A stretch of DNA of 64,000 bases. It comes from an uncultured Acidobacteriota bacterium (GTDB lineage: Bacteria > Acidobacteriota > Thermoanaerobaculia > Gp7-AA8). Made by a program: the position numbers and the translations under genes. Where the stretch lies: NCBI GenBank assembly GCA_963741955.1, contig CAVUKB010000005.1, positions 1,312,001 through 1,376,000 on the forward strand. Direction: 5' to 3'. Below, in pieces: positions 44,250-54,972 of the stretch (its first letter is position 1; each line of letters begins with the position of its first letter). Under the pieces are notes generated by a model. It did not search any database. It saw only the letters and a list, made by a program, of their open reading frames with translations, and was not told the DNA's origin.

Positions 44250-46628
44250 ATGAAAAAATCGAAGTTCCTTCTTCTCATCATCCTCGTCGCGTCGATGGTC
44301 TCGTGCACGAGCTTCCGCGCCTATCAGAAGGCGCAGCAGTTCGCGAAGGTCGAGAACTGGGACCGGGCCGTCGAGGAGTACAGCAAGGCGCTCGAGGTCG
44401 ACCCCGGCAACATGAAGTACAAGATCGGACTCGAACAGGCGAAGCTGGAAGCCTCACGAGTGCACTTCGAGAAGGGGAAGAGCCTCCGCGCCGCGGGGCA
44501 CGACGATCTCGCGGCACTGGAATTCGAACTGACCGTGAAGCTCGATCCGACCAATCAGTACGCAGCGGTCGAGCTCGGGAAGGCGATCGCCGCCCTCAGG
44601 AGCGAATCGGAGGTGAGAGCCCACCGCTTCGAAGAGAAGCAGCGAAATGCCGATCAGATGAAGGCTCAGCCGCCGGAGCTGAATCCCGCGTCGAACGAAC
44701 CGATCTCTCTATCATTTCCGCACGAGACGCCGGTCAAGGACATCTACCGTTCGCTGGGAAACGCGTTCGGAATCAACATCCTGTTCGATCCGGCGGTGAA
44801 GGACGACAAGATCGCGATCGAGTTGCACGACGTGACTGCTCAACAGGCACTCGAGCGCGTGATGCAGGCAGCCAATCAGTTCTACAAGGTCCTCGACGAG
44901 AAAACCATCATCGTGGTTCCCGACACACCTCAGCTCCGGCGCCAGTACGAAGATCTGGTCATCCGGACCTTCTATCTCTCGAATGCCGATGCCGAGCAGG
45001 TGACCAACGTACTGCGGACCATGCTCGAAGCCCGCAACGTCTTCCCGCTCAAAGCTCTCAACGCAATCACCATCCGCGACACCGCCGACAAGGTGAAGAT
45101 CGCGCAGAAGATCATCGAAGCGAACGACAAGGCGAAAGCCGAGGTGGTGATCGACGTCGAGCTGCTGCAGATGGACGTCAAGAAGGCGCGGGACCTGGGC
45201 GCGCAACTGGTCGGCGCGAATGGCGCAGTCGGATTCGTCGGCGCGGACGGAGCGTCTCTCGGGGCGGTCCGCCTGAACGAGCTCGGACAGCTCTCCAGCA
45301 GCGATCTGAGTTTCACTCTCCCGTCGCTCGCCTACGGTTTCGTCAAGTCCACCACGAACGCCGAGCTGCTCGCGAAACCGCAGCTCAGGATCTCGGAAGG
45401 TGAGAAGGCGACCCTGACCATCGGCGAAAAAATCCCCGTTCCGGTGACTACCTTCACCGGGACGAACGTCGCGACGCCCGGAAATAGCGGGACGTTCGTT
45501 CCTTTCACCTCCTACCAGTATCAGGACGTCGGCATCAAGATCTCGATCGAGCCCCGCGTGCACCACAATCGGGAGGTCAGCCTCAAACTCTCGATCGAAG
45601 TCTCGAACCTGAGCGGCTATGCGCCGAACTCGAACCAGCCCATCATCGCCACTCGTACCATCGAGTCGATCATCCGGCTCAAGGACGGCGAAACGAACTT
45701 CCTTGCCGGGCTGATCCGGCGTGACGACACCTCTTCGAACGATGCGGTTCCGTTCCTCGGCGACATTCCTCTGATCGGAAGGATCTTCTCCCACGAGAAG
45801 AAAGATCATCAGGCCACCGATCTGGTCCTCACTCTCACACCGCACATCGTCCGCATTCCGGACATCACGGAAGAGGATCTCGCGCCGATGTGGGTCGGAA
45901 CGCAGAACAACATGACGTTCCGCGGCTTCTCTCCCCGGCTCGAGTCGAACGCCACCGCGGATCCGTTCGCGTCGGATCAGAATCAGCGTGCGCAGTTCTC
46001 CAACGACAACACCGGCACTCCTGCGATGCAGCAGGAACAGCCGCAGCCGGCCCAACCCCAACCGGCACAGCCCGGACCGATCCAGGGAACCGCGCCGAGC
46101 AGCCCGTTCCGCGAGACCCCTCCACCTCCGCCGCCGCCGACTCCCGAGAGCCAGAATGCAGCGCCGGGCACGTCGGTCAAGGCCGCTGCGTCCTCCGGAC
46201 CGGCCGGGCGTTTCTCGTTCGCGCCCCGAATCGCGGCACAGCCCTCGACCATGACCATCGAGCCTGGACGCGAGATGACCTGGGATCTCGTAGGGATGGA
46301 TCTCGAGGGCCTTTCCACCGAGCAGCTGGTCATCCACTACGATCCGATGGCGCTCGACATCGCTGCCGTCGATCTCGGTGACGCTCTCTCGATGACTCCC
46401 GATGCCTCACCCGTCGCGCAGCTGGATGCCGCAAACGGCACCATCACCATCGGCGTTCCCACCGGAGCCCGGCTGAAGTTCCGATCGGGTGGAGAGATTG
46501 CACGCATTCACGTGCGGGGAGGAGTCCGCGGGGTCACGTATCTCGCAGTGGATAATCCGGTGTTCGTCAATGCCGGAGGAAACGCGGTCGCCGCCGAGGT
46601 CACCGGCGGACGCGCCCAGGTTCAATAA
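44250..46628 (+). CDS. Secretin (GspD/PilQ family) lipoprotein with N-terminal TPR and C-terminal cohesin-like domain
   Basis: Lipobox MVSC, TPR-like helices, secretin motifs (YQDVGIK, LKDGET, VPFLGDIPLIGRIF), Pro/Gln linker and beta-rich C-terminal domain. Confidence 0.9.
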   Translation: MKKSKFLLLIILVASMVSCTSFRAYQKAQQFAKVENWDRAVEEYSKALEVDPGNMKYKIGLEQAKLEASRVHFEKGKSLRAAGHDDLAALEFELTVKLDPTNQYAAVELGKAIAALRSESEVRAHRFEEKQRNADQMKAQPPELNPASNEPISLSFPHETPVKDIYRSLGNAFGINILFDPAVKDDKIAIELHDVTAQQALERVMQAANQFYKVLDEKTIIVVPDTPQLRRQYEDLVIRTFYLSNADAEQVTNVLRTMLEARNVFPLKALNAITIRDTADKVKIAQKIIEANDKAKAEVVIDVELLQMDVKKARDLGAQLVGANGAVGFVGADGASLGAVRLNELGQLSSSDLSFTLPSLAYGFVKSTTNAELLAKPQLRISEGEKATLTIGEKIPVPVTTFTGTNVATPGNSGTFVPFTSYQYQDVGIKISIEPRVHHNREVSLKLSIEVSNLSGYAPNSNQPIIATRTIESIIRLKDGETNFLAGLIRRDDTSSNDAVPFLGDIPLIGRIFSHEKKDHQATDLVLTLTPHIVRIPDITEEDLAPMWVGTQNNMTFRGFSPRLESNATADPFASDQNQRAQFSNDNTGTPAMQQEQPQPAQPQPAQPGPIQGTAPSSPFRETPPPPPPPTPESQNAAPGTSVKAAASSGPAGRFSFAPRIAAQPSTMTIEPGREMTWDLVGMDLEGLSTEQLVIHYDPMALDIAAVDLGDALSMTPDASPVAQLDAANGTITIGVPTGARLKFRSGGEIARIHVRGGVRGVTYLAVDNPVFVNAGGNAVAAEVTGGRAQVQ

Positions 46629-46640
46629 GACGGAACGGTC

Positions 46641-47114
46641 ATGCGGAAACGAGCGAAAGGGGCAAAAGGCTTCACGGTCGCGGAACTGATCACCGTGGTG
46701 GTGATCATCGGGATTCTCGCGTCCATGGCCCTTCCCGTCGCCCGGTTCGGATTCCGCAGGCAGAAGGAGCTGGAGCTCCGGTCGCGCCTGCGACGGATCA
46801 CCGAAGCCATCGATCAGTATCACGACATGCGCGTGAAGAAGACCATCAAGGATCCTGAGGAAGTCGGCCAGAACGGCTACCCGAAAGACCTCGATGAGCT
46901 GGTGAAAGGTGTGGAAGACGTGAACGGGGTCAAGGTCAAGTTCCTGAGGCCCCGCGACCTGATCGACCCGATGACCGGACGCGCCGAATGGATCGTCCGA
47001 TCGACGTCGGACGACCTCGATGCCACGTCGACCGACGGAAACAACGTCTTCGATGTCCACTCAACGTCGACCGCTCTCGCTCTCGACGGAAAGACCCGGT
47101 ACAACGAATGGTAA
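46641..47114 (+). CDS. GspG-like (pseudo)pilin
   Basis: KG|FTVAEL, YPKDLDELV and DPMTG. Confidence 0.88.
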   Translation: MRKRAKGAKGFTVAELITVVVIIGILASMALPVARFGFRRQKELELRSRLRRITEAIDQYHDMRVKKTIKDPEEVGQNGYPKDLDELVKGVEDVNGVKVKFLRPRDLIDPMTGRAEWIVRSTSDDLDATSTDGNNVFDVHSTSTALALDGKTRYNEW

Positions 47115-47614
47115 GCAAGCTGACTCGCAAACGGACGAAATCCCAGAAGGGATTCACACTGATCGAGATGATCGTGGTGGTGACGATCATCGGCATTCTC
47201 GCCGGAATCGCCATCGTCAATGTCATCGGTGCACAACGAAAAGCGGCGGAGAACGTCCTTCGGGCCGACCTCGCCTTGATGCGAAAAGCTATCGATGACT
47301 TCTACGCCGACCGCCAGCACTATCCGAGCTCTCTCCAGGAGCTCGTCGATACGCATTACATGAGGAAGATCCCGGTCGATCCCATCACCAAATCGGCCGA
47401 CAGCTGGGTCGAAGTCAAGGATACCGAGACTCCTGACGATTCGGGTTACGGCAGCGGCTCCTCCTGGGGATCCTCATCTTCCTGGACCTCCTCGGAAGTG
47501 GGAGGGAACGACAGCGGCAGCGACTTTCAGGCACCGCAGGGACCAGGGATGATCGACGTCAAGAGTGGTGCCGAAGGGAAGACACTCGACGGCACTCCTT
47601 ATGGAGAGCTGTAA
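47108..47614 (+). CDS. GspG-like (pseudo)pilin
   Basis: KG|FTLIEM, YPSSLQELV and IPVDPIT. Confidence 0.88.
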   Translation: MVSKLTRKRTKSQKGFTLIEMIVVVTIIGILAGIAIVNVIGAQRKAAENVLRADLALMRKAIDDFYADRQHYPSSLQELVDTHYMRKIPVDPITKSADSWVEVKDTETPDDSGYGSGSSWGSSSSWTSSEVGGNDSGSDFQAPQGPGMIDVKSGAEGKTLDGTPYGEL

Positions 47615-47617
47615 CGC

Positions 47618-48343
47618 GTGAACCGAACTGCAACTGGTGAATCCTCGGGAGTCTCGTCCCGCCCGGCCGGCGCGGCCGCTCCGAAACTCCCCTCCCCCTT
47701 CCGCCAGGAAGAGGGATTCACTCTGGCCGCACTTCTGGTGATCATCACCATCATCGGGGTTCTCGTCGCGTACACCGTTCCGCAGATGTGGTCGCAGGTC
47801 CTGAAACGGGACCGTGAGAAGCAGACGATCTTCGTGATGAGGCAGTACGCACAGGCCATTCAGAATTTTCAGGCGAAGCATGGAGGGCTCCCGACCAGCC
47901 TCGATCAGCTCTCCAAGCAGCAGAAGCCGCGGGTACTGCGCCAGCTCTACAAGGATCCTCTCACCGGAAAGCTCGACTGGATTCTCATCCCGATGGGGGC
48001 TCAAGTGCCGGGTGCTCCCGGGAGCGCCGTTCCGGGAGGTCCCGCCGCCCCCCGACGTCCTCAGAGGCCGGGGAACTCCGCTCCGGGAGAACAGCCGAAC
48101 AAGCCGCAAAACCTCGGGACGCCCGGCAAGCAGGTCGGTCCTTTCATCGGCGTCCGTCCGAACGCCACCGGTGACTCGTTTCTCACTCTGAATGGAGCGA
48201 ACCGGTACGAGGACTGGGTCTATACGATCTATGACCTGCAGAAGGAGAAGACTCCAGCCACCCCCACGCCTGGTACCCCTGTCGGTGCGGGTCCGGTGAC
48301 CGATCCGAACAGCCTCCCGAACGGGGGAAGGACCAAACCTTAA
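47618..48343 (+). CDS. Pilin-like protein lacking Glu5
   Basis: EG|FTLAALL, LPTSLDQL and LRQLYKDPLTG; start uncertain. Confidence 0.82.
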   Translation: MNRTATGESSGVSSRPAGAAAPKLPSPFRQEEGFTLAALLVIITIIGVLVAYTVPQMWSQVLKRDREKQTIFVMRQYAQAIQNFQAKHGGLPTSLDQLSKQQKPRVLRQLYKDPLTGKLDWILIPMGAQVPGAPGSAVPGGPAAPRRPQRPGNSAPGEQPNKPQNLGTPGKQVGPFIGVRPNATGDSFLTLNGANRYEDWVYTIYDLQKEKTPATPTPGTPVGAGPVTDPNSLPNGGRTKP

Positions 48344-48431
48344 AATAACCAACGCCGCGTTCCGTCCACTTTTGCGGACAACGGACTCGGCAGAATAAAC
48401 TCGGCGGGAGTCCCGGTTCGAGAGGGCAGCT

Positions 48432-49718
48432 ATGAAGAAGAACGCTGTTCCACTCTACCGAGCCATCCTTCCGTCGGGACTGACGGTCCTGATCGAGACG
48501 CTGCCGTGGGTTCGCTCGGTCGCGCTGGGATATTACCTGCGGAGCGGGTCGGCGATCGAGACGCCGCAGTATGCCGGTGCGTCGCATTTCCTCGAGCATC
48601 TCGTCTTCAAGGGGACCGAGTCACGTTCGACGTCCGACATTGCCGCGGCCATCGACATGCTGGGGGGAGACGTCGACGCGTTCACCGGGAAGGAGTTCAC
48701 CTCCTTCTACGCCCATGTGCTCGACGAGCAGGTCGATACCGCGCTCGATCTCCTCACCGACATCGTCCTCAGACCGCGATTCACCGACGAGGATCTCGCG
48801 ATGGAGCGCGGGGTGATCCTCGAAGAGATCCGGATGGTCGAAGACACTCCGGACGATCTCGTGCACGAAATTTTCGTCTCTTCTTTCTGGCAGGACCATC
48901 CGCTTGGTCGCCCGATTCTCGGCACCGAGGACTCGGTAGTTGCACTCACCCGCGATCAGATCATGGCCCATTACGACGAGACGTTCATCCCGTCGAATCT
49001 GATCTTCTGCGCCTCCGGCAATGTCCGCCCCGAGCAGCTCGTCCCTTATCTCGAACGCCAGTTCGCCGCGGCGTCGCCGGCGTCCACGCAGCGAGTCTGG
49101 ACCCCGCCTCAACCGCGCCAGCATGTCCTGCTGAAGCAGAAGACGGAGCTCGAGCAGGTCCATCTCTGTCTCGGCAGTCGCGGCTACCCCCAGGAAGTCG
49201 AGGAGAGATACAGCGCGGCGCTTTTCAACACCGTTCTCGGTGGCGGAATGTCGTCGCGCCTGTTCCAGAAGATCCGTGAAAAGGAAGGACTCGTCTACAC
49301 CGTCCTTTCCTACCACAACGGCCATCTTGCGGGCGGATATGAAGCGGTCTATGCGGCGTGCAATCCGAAGAACCTTCGCCGGGTGCTTCAGCTCACGCTC
49401 AACGAGATGCGCGAGATCCGGAACTCGGGAATCACCGCCGAGGAGCTCGATGCGGCGAAGCGCCACCTGAAGGGATCCGTCCTCCTCTCCCTCGAATCGA
49501 CGGTCAGCCGGATGTCCGGACTCGCGAGGCAGGAGTACTACTTCGGGCGGCAGTTCACGCCAGACGACATGATCGAGCACGTCAACGCGGTGACGCTCGA
49601 AGATGTGCAGAGGGTCGCCCAGACCGTCGTCGACCCGGAGTCGGTGTCGCTCACTCTCCTCGGGAACCTGAAAACGCCGGGCGTTTCGATGGACTACCTT
49701 CGCCAGGCGGTGGCCTGA
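48432..49718 (+). CDS. M16 (pitrilysin/insulinase family) zinc peptidase
   Basis: Inverted zincin HFLEH and LGGGMSSRLFQKIRE. Confidence 0.93.
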   Translation: MKKNAVPLYRAILPSGLTVLIETLPWVRSVALGYYLRSGSAIETPQYAGASHFLEHLVFKGTESRSTSDIAAAIDMLGGDVDAFTGKEFTSFYAHVLDEQVDTALDLLTDIVLRPRFTDEDLAMERGVILEEIRMVEDTPDDLVHEIFVSSFWQDHPLGRPILGTEDSVVALTRDQIMAHYDETFIPSNLIFCASGNVRPEQLVPYLERQFAAASPASTQRVWTPPQPRQHVLLKQKTELEQVHLCLGSRGYPQEVEERYSAALFNTVLGGGMSSRLFQKIREKEGLVYTVLSYHNGHLAGGYEAVYAACNPKNLRRVLQLTLNEMREIRNSGITAEELDAAKRHLKGSVLLSLESTVSRMSGLARQEYYFGRQFTPDDMIEHVNAVTLEDVQRVAQTVVDPESVSLTLLGNLKTPGVSMDYLRQAVA

Positions 49719-49766
49719 GGCGTCGAGGAACGCAGAACGCCTCTGGCCCTGCCCCGTGCCGTCCGA

Positions 49767-51086
49767 TCAGTCGCCTGACGTATCGCCGTTCGCGCCCTGC
49801 TCGCTGGTGCCGGCTCCATTCGCTGTCCCGCCCTGATCGGATCCGTTCTGGTGGCGGGTGTCGATGAACTCGACCGGTATTCCCTTCGAGACCCGGTGGG
49901 CGAGATCTTCCGCGTCCCAGTTCGTAAGCCGCACGCACCCGTGCGACGTGGTGTATCCGATCGAGCTCGGATTCGACGTCCCGTGGATTCCGTAGTGTGG
50001 CTTGCTCAGATCCATCCACACCACGCCAACCGGCGAATTCGGCCCGGGATGAAGCCGGGCTTCGGGATCCGTGTCGGGAACTTCGTGGAACAGAGTTGGC
50101 TGGTAGTGGAACCACGGATCGAACGCGACCGCATCGATTTTCACCGTTTCATGGGGCGAGGGATCGTACTTGGATCCGAGGGTCGTCGGCGCATGAAAGA
50201 CGAGATTGCCGTTCGAATCGAATCCGTGCAGATACCATCCTTTGACCGAGATCACGATCTTCGCCACCTGCGGCTCGTTCTTCGGATTCACATCGAGAGC
50301 GACATCCGGAACGAATAGGTTCTGCCCCGACTGCAGATGATCGAAGTCGATGGACGGATTGATCGCAGCGAGAAAATCGCGGGTGGTGTGGAACTTTTCG
50401 CTGATCTTCTCGGCTGCGGACTCGTAGCAGAGGCAGTCGAGCTTTTCCTCTTCATAGACATCCGAAGGGATGTCGACGAAAGGCCCCTCGAGGTCCGACG
50501 ACGTCAGCTCATATTGATGAACCAGCGGCTCGTTGCCTCGGGCGCTCCAGAGATGCCGGAAGGTGGTCTCGTCGACGTCGCCCGTTGCATTGAGACCGTT
50601 GGCATCCTGAAACCAGTATACGGCGATCGCGCTGTTCTTTCCCCAACGTCCGTCGATCACTCCGGGCGAGAAGCCGGCGCGATCCAGCAGCGTCTGCACT
50701 CGAATTACCGACGGTCCGCTTTCGTCGCCGTCGATCGGCACGTGCATCGGCATGGTGTCGAGATGTCCCCAGTCGACCCCGTCCAGCTTTTCGCTCCACT
50801 CTTTCTCCTGAACGATCGGCGGGCTTTGCGAAGAAGCCGCCGCTCGAGATGCCTGCCGCGCGGCCTGAGCACGCTGACGGAATGACGCGAGGCGTCTCCA
50901 GTCCTGCTGAAACCGCTGCTGCTCCATCTCCTGCCGGGATGGATCAGGGCCGATCGGAACCTGGACGTCGGGTCCGGGACTCGCCTGCTGCGTGGTCGAA
51001 CCGCTCGTCCGAGTCTCGGTGCGGGTCGTCTGCTGACCGCAGGCCGAGACGAGAAGAACCAGCACCGGAATGATCAACTTTCTCAT
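49767..51086 (-). CDS. L,D-transpeptidase lipoprotein with peptidoglycan-binding domain
   Basis: Lipobox VSAC, PG-binding SPGVIDG..FQ and YkuD motif [11 protein letters not shown]; RBS GGAGG before ATG 51086. Confidence 0.9.
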   Translation of the reverse strand: MRKLIIPVLVLLVSACGQQTTRTETRTSGSTTQQASPGPDVQVPIGPDPSRQEMEQQRFQQDWRRLASFRQRAQAARQASRAAASSQSPPIVQEKEWSEKLDGVDWGHLDTMPMHVPIDGDESGPSVIRVQTLLDRAGFSPGVIDGRWGKNSAIAVYWFQDANGLNATGDVDETTFRHLWSARGNEPLVHQYELTSSDLEGPFVDIPSDVYEEEKLDCLCYESAAEKISEKFHTTRDFLAAINPSIDFDHLQSGQNLFVPDVALDVNPKNEPQVAKIVISVKGWYLHGFDSNGNLVFHAPTTLGSKYDPSPHETVKIDAVAFDPWFHYQPTLFHEVPDTDPEARLHPGPNSPVGVVWMDLSKPHYGIHGTSNPSSIGYTTSHGCVRLTNWDAEDLAHRVSKGIPVEFIDTRHQNGSDQGGTANGAGTSEQGANGDTSGD

Positions 51087-51110
51087 GTGTCTGCCTCCGG
51101 GGTCTTGTAA

Positions 51111-51126
51111 AGCAAGGTCGTTGCCC
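51111..51126 (-). promoter_or_regulatory. Putative sigma54 promoter of the L,D-transpeptidase
   Basis: GGGCAACGACCTTGCT (GG-N10-GC with TTGCT); the predicted +1 near 51100 precedes the RBS. Confidence 0.55.
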
Positions 51127-51202
51127 GCTGCGTTCGCTCCTTGACCGGTCACGACCGGCGTTGCTAGCATCACTATCGACGCGTCTGGCCTTTCCTCCGC
51201 AC

Positions 51203-52972
51203 ATGATCAGCTATCTGAAGGTTCGAAACCTTGCGATCGTCGAACAGCTCGAGATCGAACCGGGCAGCGGCCTGAACGTCCTGACCGGTGAGACGGGCGC
51301 TGGAAAGTCTCTACTCATCGACTCGCTCGAGTTTCTCTCCGGGGCAAGGGGATCGACCGATTCCATCCGAACGGGCGAAGAAAAACTCCTTGCAGAAGCG
51401 GTCTTCCACGTCCCCATGAATTCCGTTCGTGATGCTGCCGGGCTCGGCATCGAGCTGGAGCCGACCGGCGGAGACGAAGCGGAGATCATCGTACGGCGGG
51501 AGCTCGCGTCGAATGGCCGGGGCCGGGTGCAGGTGAACGGTGCAGCCATCCCGGTGCGTGATCTGGTCACGGTCACCGATCGTCTGCTGGAGATCCACGG
51601 ACAGAGCACGTCTCACGACAGGATCGCCGGACAGTCGTTCCGGGAGCTCCTCGACTCCTTTGCAGATCTTCGGGGGCTGGTCGATGAGACGCGAGGGGCT
51701 CACGTCCTGTGGCACGAAGCTGCCGAGGAACTGCGTCGCCTCGAGGAGGCGCACCGCGACCGCTCCCTCAAGCTCGATCTGCTGAAATACCAGATCGACG
51801 AGATCTCCGCCGCGAAACTCGAGGGAGGAGAGGAAGAGACGCTCCGCGGCGAACGAGCGGTCCTCTCCAATGCGCGGGAGATCAGTGAATCCACTGCGGG
51901 GGCGTACGAGCTGCTCGAAGGTGGCGACGAGTCTGCGACCTCGCAGATCGCACGGGCGGTCCAACTCCTCGCTTCACTCGCACGGGACATCGACGAGATT
52001 CGAGGCGTGCACGACCAGCTCGAGGAGATCCGGTACCGGCTGGAGGATCCCGCCCGGACGATGGCAGAGATGGCGGAGAACGTCCGTCACGATCCGGAAC
52101 GGCTGGAATGGATCGAGGAACGACTGGTCACCATCGAGAGATTGAAGAAGAAATACGGATCCACGGTGGGCGAGGTACTCGAGCATCTCGCCCGAAGCCG
52201 CGCCGAATACGAAGAGCTGGGAGACTACGAATCGAGCCTCGAACGGATCGCGGTGCGCGAACGCGAGGCGTTCGAGAGGTGGGCCGGACTGGCCCGGCAG
52301 CTTTCCGGACGCCGCGCTGCAGCCGCAGGGAGGCTGGAGAACGGCATTCAGAGGGAGCTGACCGATCTCGCGATGGAAGGGACCACCGTCTCCATCCATC
52401 TCTTCGTCTCCCGCCAGGAGGGGTCACGTCTCCAGATTGCGGGTGAGCCGGTCGCATTCGGCCCGGAAGGATTCGATCGGGTCGAGATCCTGATCGCTCC
52501 CAATCCCGGAGAAGAGCCCCGGCCGATCCAGCGGATCGCATCCGGTGGCGAGCTCTCTCGAATTCAGCTGGCGATCGCAGCCGCGATCTTCAAGAGCTCG
52601 AACCAGAGCTCGGGCGCGACCCTCGTTTTCGATGAGATCGATGCGGGAATCGGAGGTCGCGTCGCGGAAGTGGTTGGACGAAAGCTCTGCGAGCTCGCAG
52701 CGGGCAATCAGGTGATCTGCGTGACTCACCTCCCCCAGATCGCGAGCCTCGGTACCACCCACTTCCGGGTGTGGAAGGAAAGCGAGTCGTCACGAACTCT
52801 GGTGCGGATCGAATGCCTCAGAAGCCGCGATGAGCGGATCGCAGAGATTGCCCGGATGCTCGGCGGCGAGGCGATCTCCGAATCGGCGACCGCACACGCA
52901 GCCGCGCTTCTCGATCGCGCCGATCGTCCCCCGAGGAAGCGGTCCGGCGCCAGAAGTGTTTCGAGCGTCTGA
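51203..52972 (+). CDS. recN: DNA repair protein RecN
   Basis: [32 protein letters not shown] and VTHLPQIA. Confidence 0.96.
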   Translation: MISYLKVRNLAIVEQLEIEPGSGLNVLTGETGAGKSLLIDSLEFLSGARGSTDSIRTGEEKLLAEAVFHVPMNSVRDAAGLGIELEPTGGDEAEIIVRRELASNGRGRVQVNGAAIPVRDLVTVTDRLLEIHGQSTSHDRIAGQSFRELLDSFADLRGLVDETRGAHVLWHEAAEELRRLEEAHRDRSLKLDLLKYQIDEISAAKLEGGEEETLRGERAVLSNAREISESTAGAYELLEGGDESATSQIARAVQLLASLARDIDEIRGVHDQLEEIRYRLEDPARTMAEMAENVRHDPERLEWIEERLVTIERLKKKYGSTVGEVLEHLARSRAEYEELGDYESSLERIAVREREAFERWAGLARQLSGRRAAAAGRLENGIQRELTDLAMEGTTVSIHLFVSRQEGSRLQIAGEPVAFGPEGFDRVEILIAPNPGEEPRPIQRIASGGELSRIQLAIAAAIFKSSNQSSGATLVFDEIDAGIGGRVAEVVGRKLCELAAGNQVICVTHLPQIASLGTTHFRVWKESESSRTLVRIECLRSRDERIAEIARMLGGEAISESATAHAAALLDRADRPPRKRSGARSVSSV

Positions 52973-54003
52973 TGTCCGCCTCCGACCGTCATTCACGACA
53001 GCGACTCTTCGCCCCCATCGGCTCTGCAGGTCAGGCCCGGATCGAGAACGCACGAATCGCGATCATCGGCTGCGGTGCGCTCGGTTCTCACTCCGCCGAG
53101 ATGCTCGCCAGAGCGGGGGTGGCGCGAACCACCCGCGGCGTTCTCCGGATCATCGACCGCGACTACGTCGACCTGTCGAATCTTCAGCGTCAGGCGCTCT
53201 TCGATCAGTCTGATGCGGAGCGCTCGAAACCAAAGGCGGTCGCAGCGGCCGATCACATCAGAGCGATCGATTGCGACTGCCGCGTCGAAGCGGTCGTCAG
53301 GGACTTCAATTCTTCGAACGCGGCCGAACTGCTGGAGGACGTCGATCTGGTCGTCGACGGGACGGACAATTACCAGACCAGATTCACCATCAACGATGCC
53401 GCCGTCGCCGCCGCCCGTCCCTGGATCTATGGCGGCGCCGTCGCCAGCCGCGGGATCGTCAGCTTCGTCGAACCGGGTGTCACACCCTGCTTCCGTTGTC
53501 TGATGGGCGAGATCCCGCCTCTCGGCAGCGGTGAGAGCTGCGAGACCGCCGGCATCATCACTCCGCTTCCCGCGCTCGTCTCGGCGCTTCAGGTCGCCGC
53601 TGCCCTCCGCTGGATCGCTGTAGGCACGTATGAATCGGGCGTTCTCCGCTTCGACGTCTGGACCGGCACATTCAGACGCACCCTCACCACGGCTGCCAGA
53701 AATCCGGACTGCCGGTCGTGCGGAACCCGCGAGCTTCCTTCTCTGGCAGCCAGCGCAGAGCATCTGGTCACGTTGTGCGGGCGCAATTCCGTCCAGCTGT
53801 TCTGGGACGTCCCGGTCAGTCTCGACGCTGCAGAGCGCCGCTTTTCGTCTGCCGGTCTGGTCGTCCATCGCCACGCGCAGTCCGTCACTACCGAGTTCTC
53901 GGAGGGGAAACTCACGCTCTTCTCGGACGGGAGGGTGATCGTCGAGGGAACGACGGACCCTCTCGAAGCAAAGTCGATCGTCGGTCGCCGTCTTGGAGGG
54001 TGA
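52972..54003 (+). CDS. ThiF/MoeB family adenylyltransferase
   Basis: GCGALG, DRDYVDLSNLQRQ, DGTDN and two CxxC pairs. Confidence 0.92.
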   Translation: MSASDRHSRQRLFAPIGSAGQARIENARIAIIGCGALGSHSAEMLARAGVARTTRGVLRIIDRDYVDLSNLQRQALFDQSDAERSKPKAVAAADHIRAIDCDCRVEAVVRDFNSSNAAELLEDVDLVVDGTDNYQTRFTINDAAVAAARPWIYGGAVASRGIVSFVEPGVTPCFRCLMGEIPPLGSGESCETAGIITPLPALVSALQVAAALRWIAVGTYESGVLRFDVWTGTFRRTLTTAARNPDCRSCGTRELPSLAASAEHLVTLCGRNSVQLFWDVPVSLDAAERRFSSAGLVVHRHAQSVTTEFSEGKLTLFSDGRVIVEGTTDPLEAKSIVGRRLGG

Positions 54004-54004
54004 A

Positions 54005-54637
54005 ATGGTACGGAAGCTCACCATGCCCCCGGGAGGACCGTCCACGGATCAGATCGAGCAGATCGGATCGGTTCTGGACCAGGGAGAACTGGCCATTCTC
54101 CCGACCGACACGATCTACGGCTTTCACGCCGCTGCTCTCGACCCGGACGCCGTCGACTCGATCCGCAGCATCAAAGGAAGGCGCGACGACAAGCCGATCG
54201 TGGTTCTCTGTTCCGGCTTCGAACAGATCCGGCATCTCGGCGGCCGGCCAGCTCCCGAGGCGGAAGAATTCCTCAGGGGAACCTGGCCGGCACCTCTCAC
54301 GGCAATTCTCCCGCTGGTCGAGCCCATCCCTCCCTCCTCCGGCGAAGCCACCCTGGCGGTCCGGGTGCCGGATCTCGCCTGGCTGCGAAATCTGCTCGAC
54401 CGCACCGGACCCCTGGTATCAACCAGCGTCAACCGTAGCGGCGAGCCTCCGTGCAATGACCTTCATGATACGGCTCCGGATCTCCTCGAGCGGGTAGCGG
54501 TGATTCTCGATCAGGGCCCCCTCGAAGGGCGCGCTTCGACCGTGATCGACATGACCGTCGGCACACCTCGGGTGCTCCGTCAGGGCGAATTTTTCTTTTC
54601 ACAGAAACTGTGGAAAAGCGTGCGGAAAACGCTGTGA
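54005..54637 (+). CDS. tsaC: L-threonylcarbamoyladenylate synthase (Sua5/YrdC)
   Basis: PTDTIYG, KGR...KP, WPAPLT, STSVNRSG and STVID. Confidence 0.88.
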   Translation: MVRKLTMPPGGPSTDQIEQIGSVLDQGELAILPTDTIYGFHAAALDPDAVDSIRSIKGRRDDKPIVVLCSGFEQIRHLGGRPAPEAEEFLRGTWPAPLTAILPLVEPIPPSSGEATLAVRVPDLAWLRNLLDRTGPLVSTSVNRSGEPPCNDLHDTAPDLLERVAVILDQGPLEGRASTVIDMTVGTPRVLRQGEFFFSQKLWKSVRKTL

Positions 54638-54765
54638 AAAACGTCCAAACCCTTCACCTGCTAGGCTCGCGAGCGATCTGCACAACGCATTGGGCTAAGT
54701 CGCGTAAGGTATTGATAAAGAAGCACTTGACGTAAATTCACAGAAATTTGCACCGAATAATACTT
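54595..54765. promoter_or_regulatory. DnaA-box cluster with IHF site (oriC- or datA-like)
   Basis: TGTGGAAAA 54609, TGCGGAAAA 54621 and TGTGAAAAA 54633, an inverted CTTTTCACA at 54595, and weaker boxes at 54676, 54734 and 54746. IHF consensus at 54705-54717 (minus strand). AT-rich. Confidence 0.55.
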
Positions 54766-54972
54766 TCCTGTTCTGACTGCCATCCCGGGCAATTCGCTGA
54801 TTCTACAAGAGGATGACTTTCGTCACTGTCATGTGTGTCGGCCTGGGCCGCGAATCCGCCACTGTAGAACCGGGGTCCGCTCCCGTTCGAACCAGTCGAC
54901 TCCGGACAATTTTCGTCGTCCCGCGCCGGGTTGCAGCGGGGCCTCTTTCGCGCTACATTCAGCCGCGTCCGT

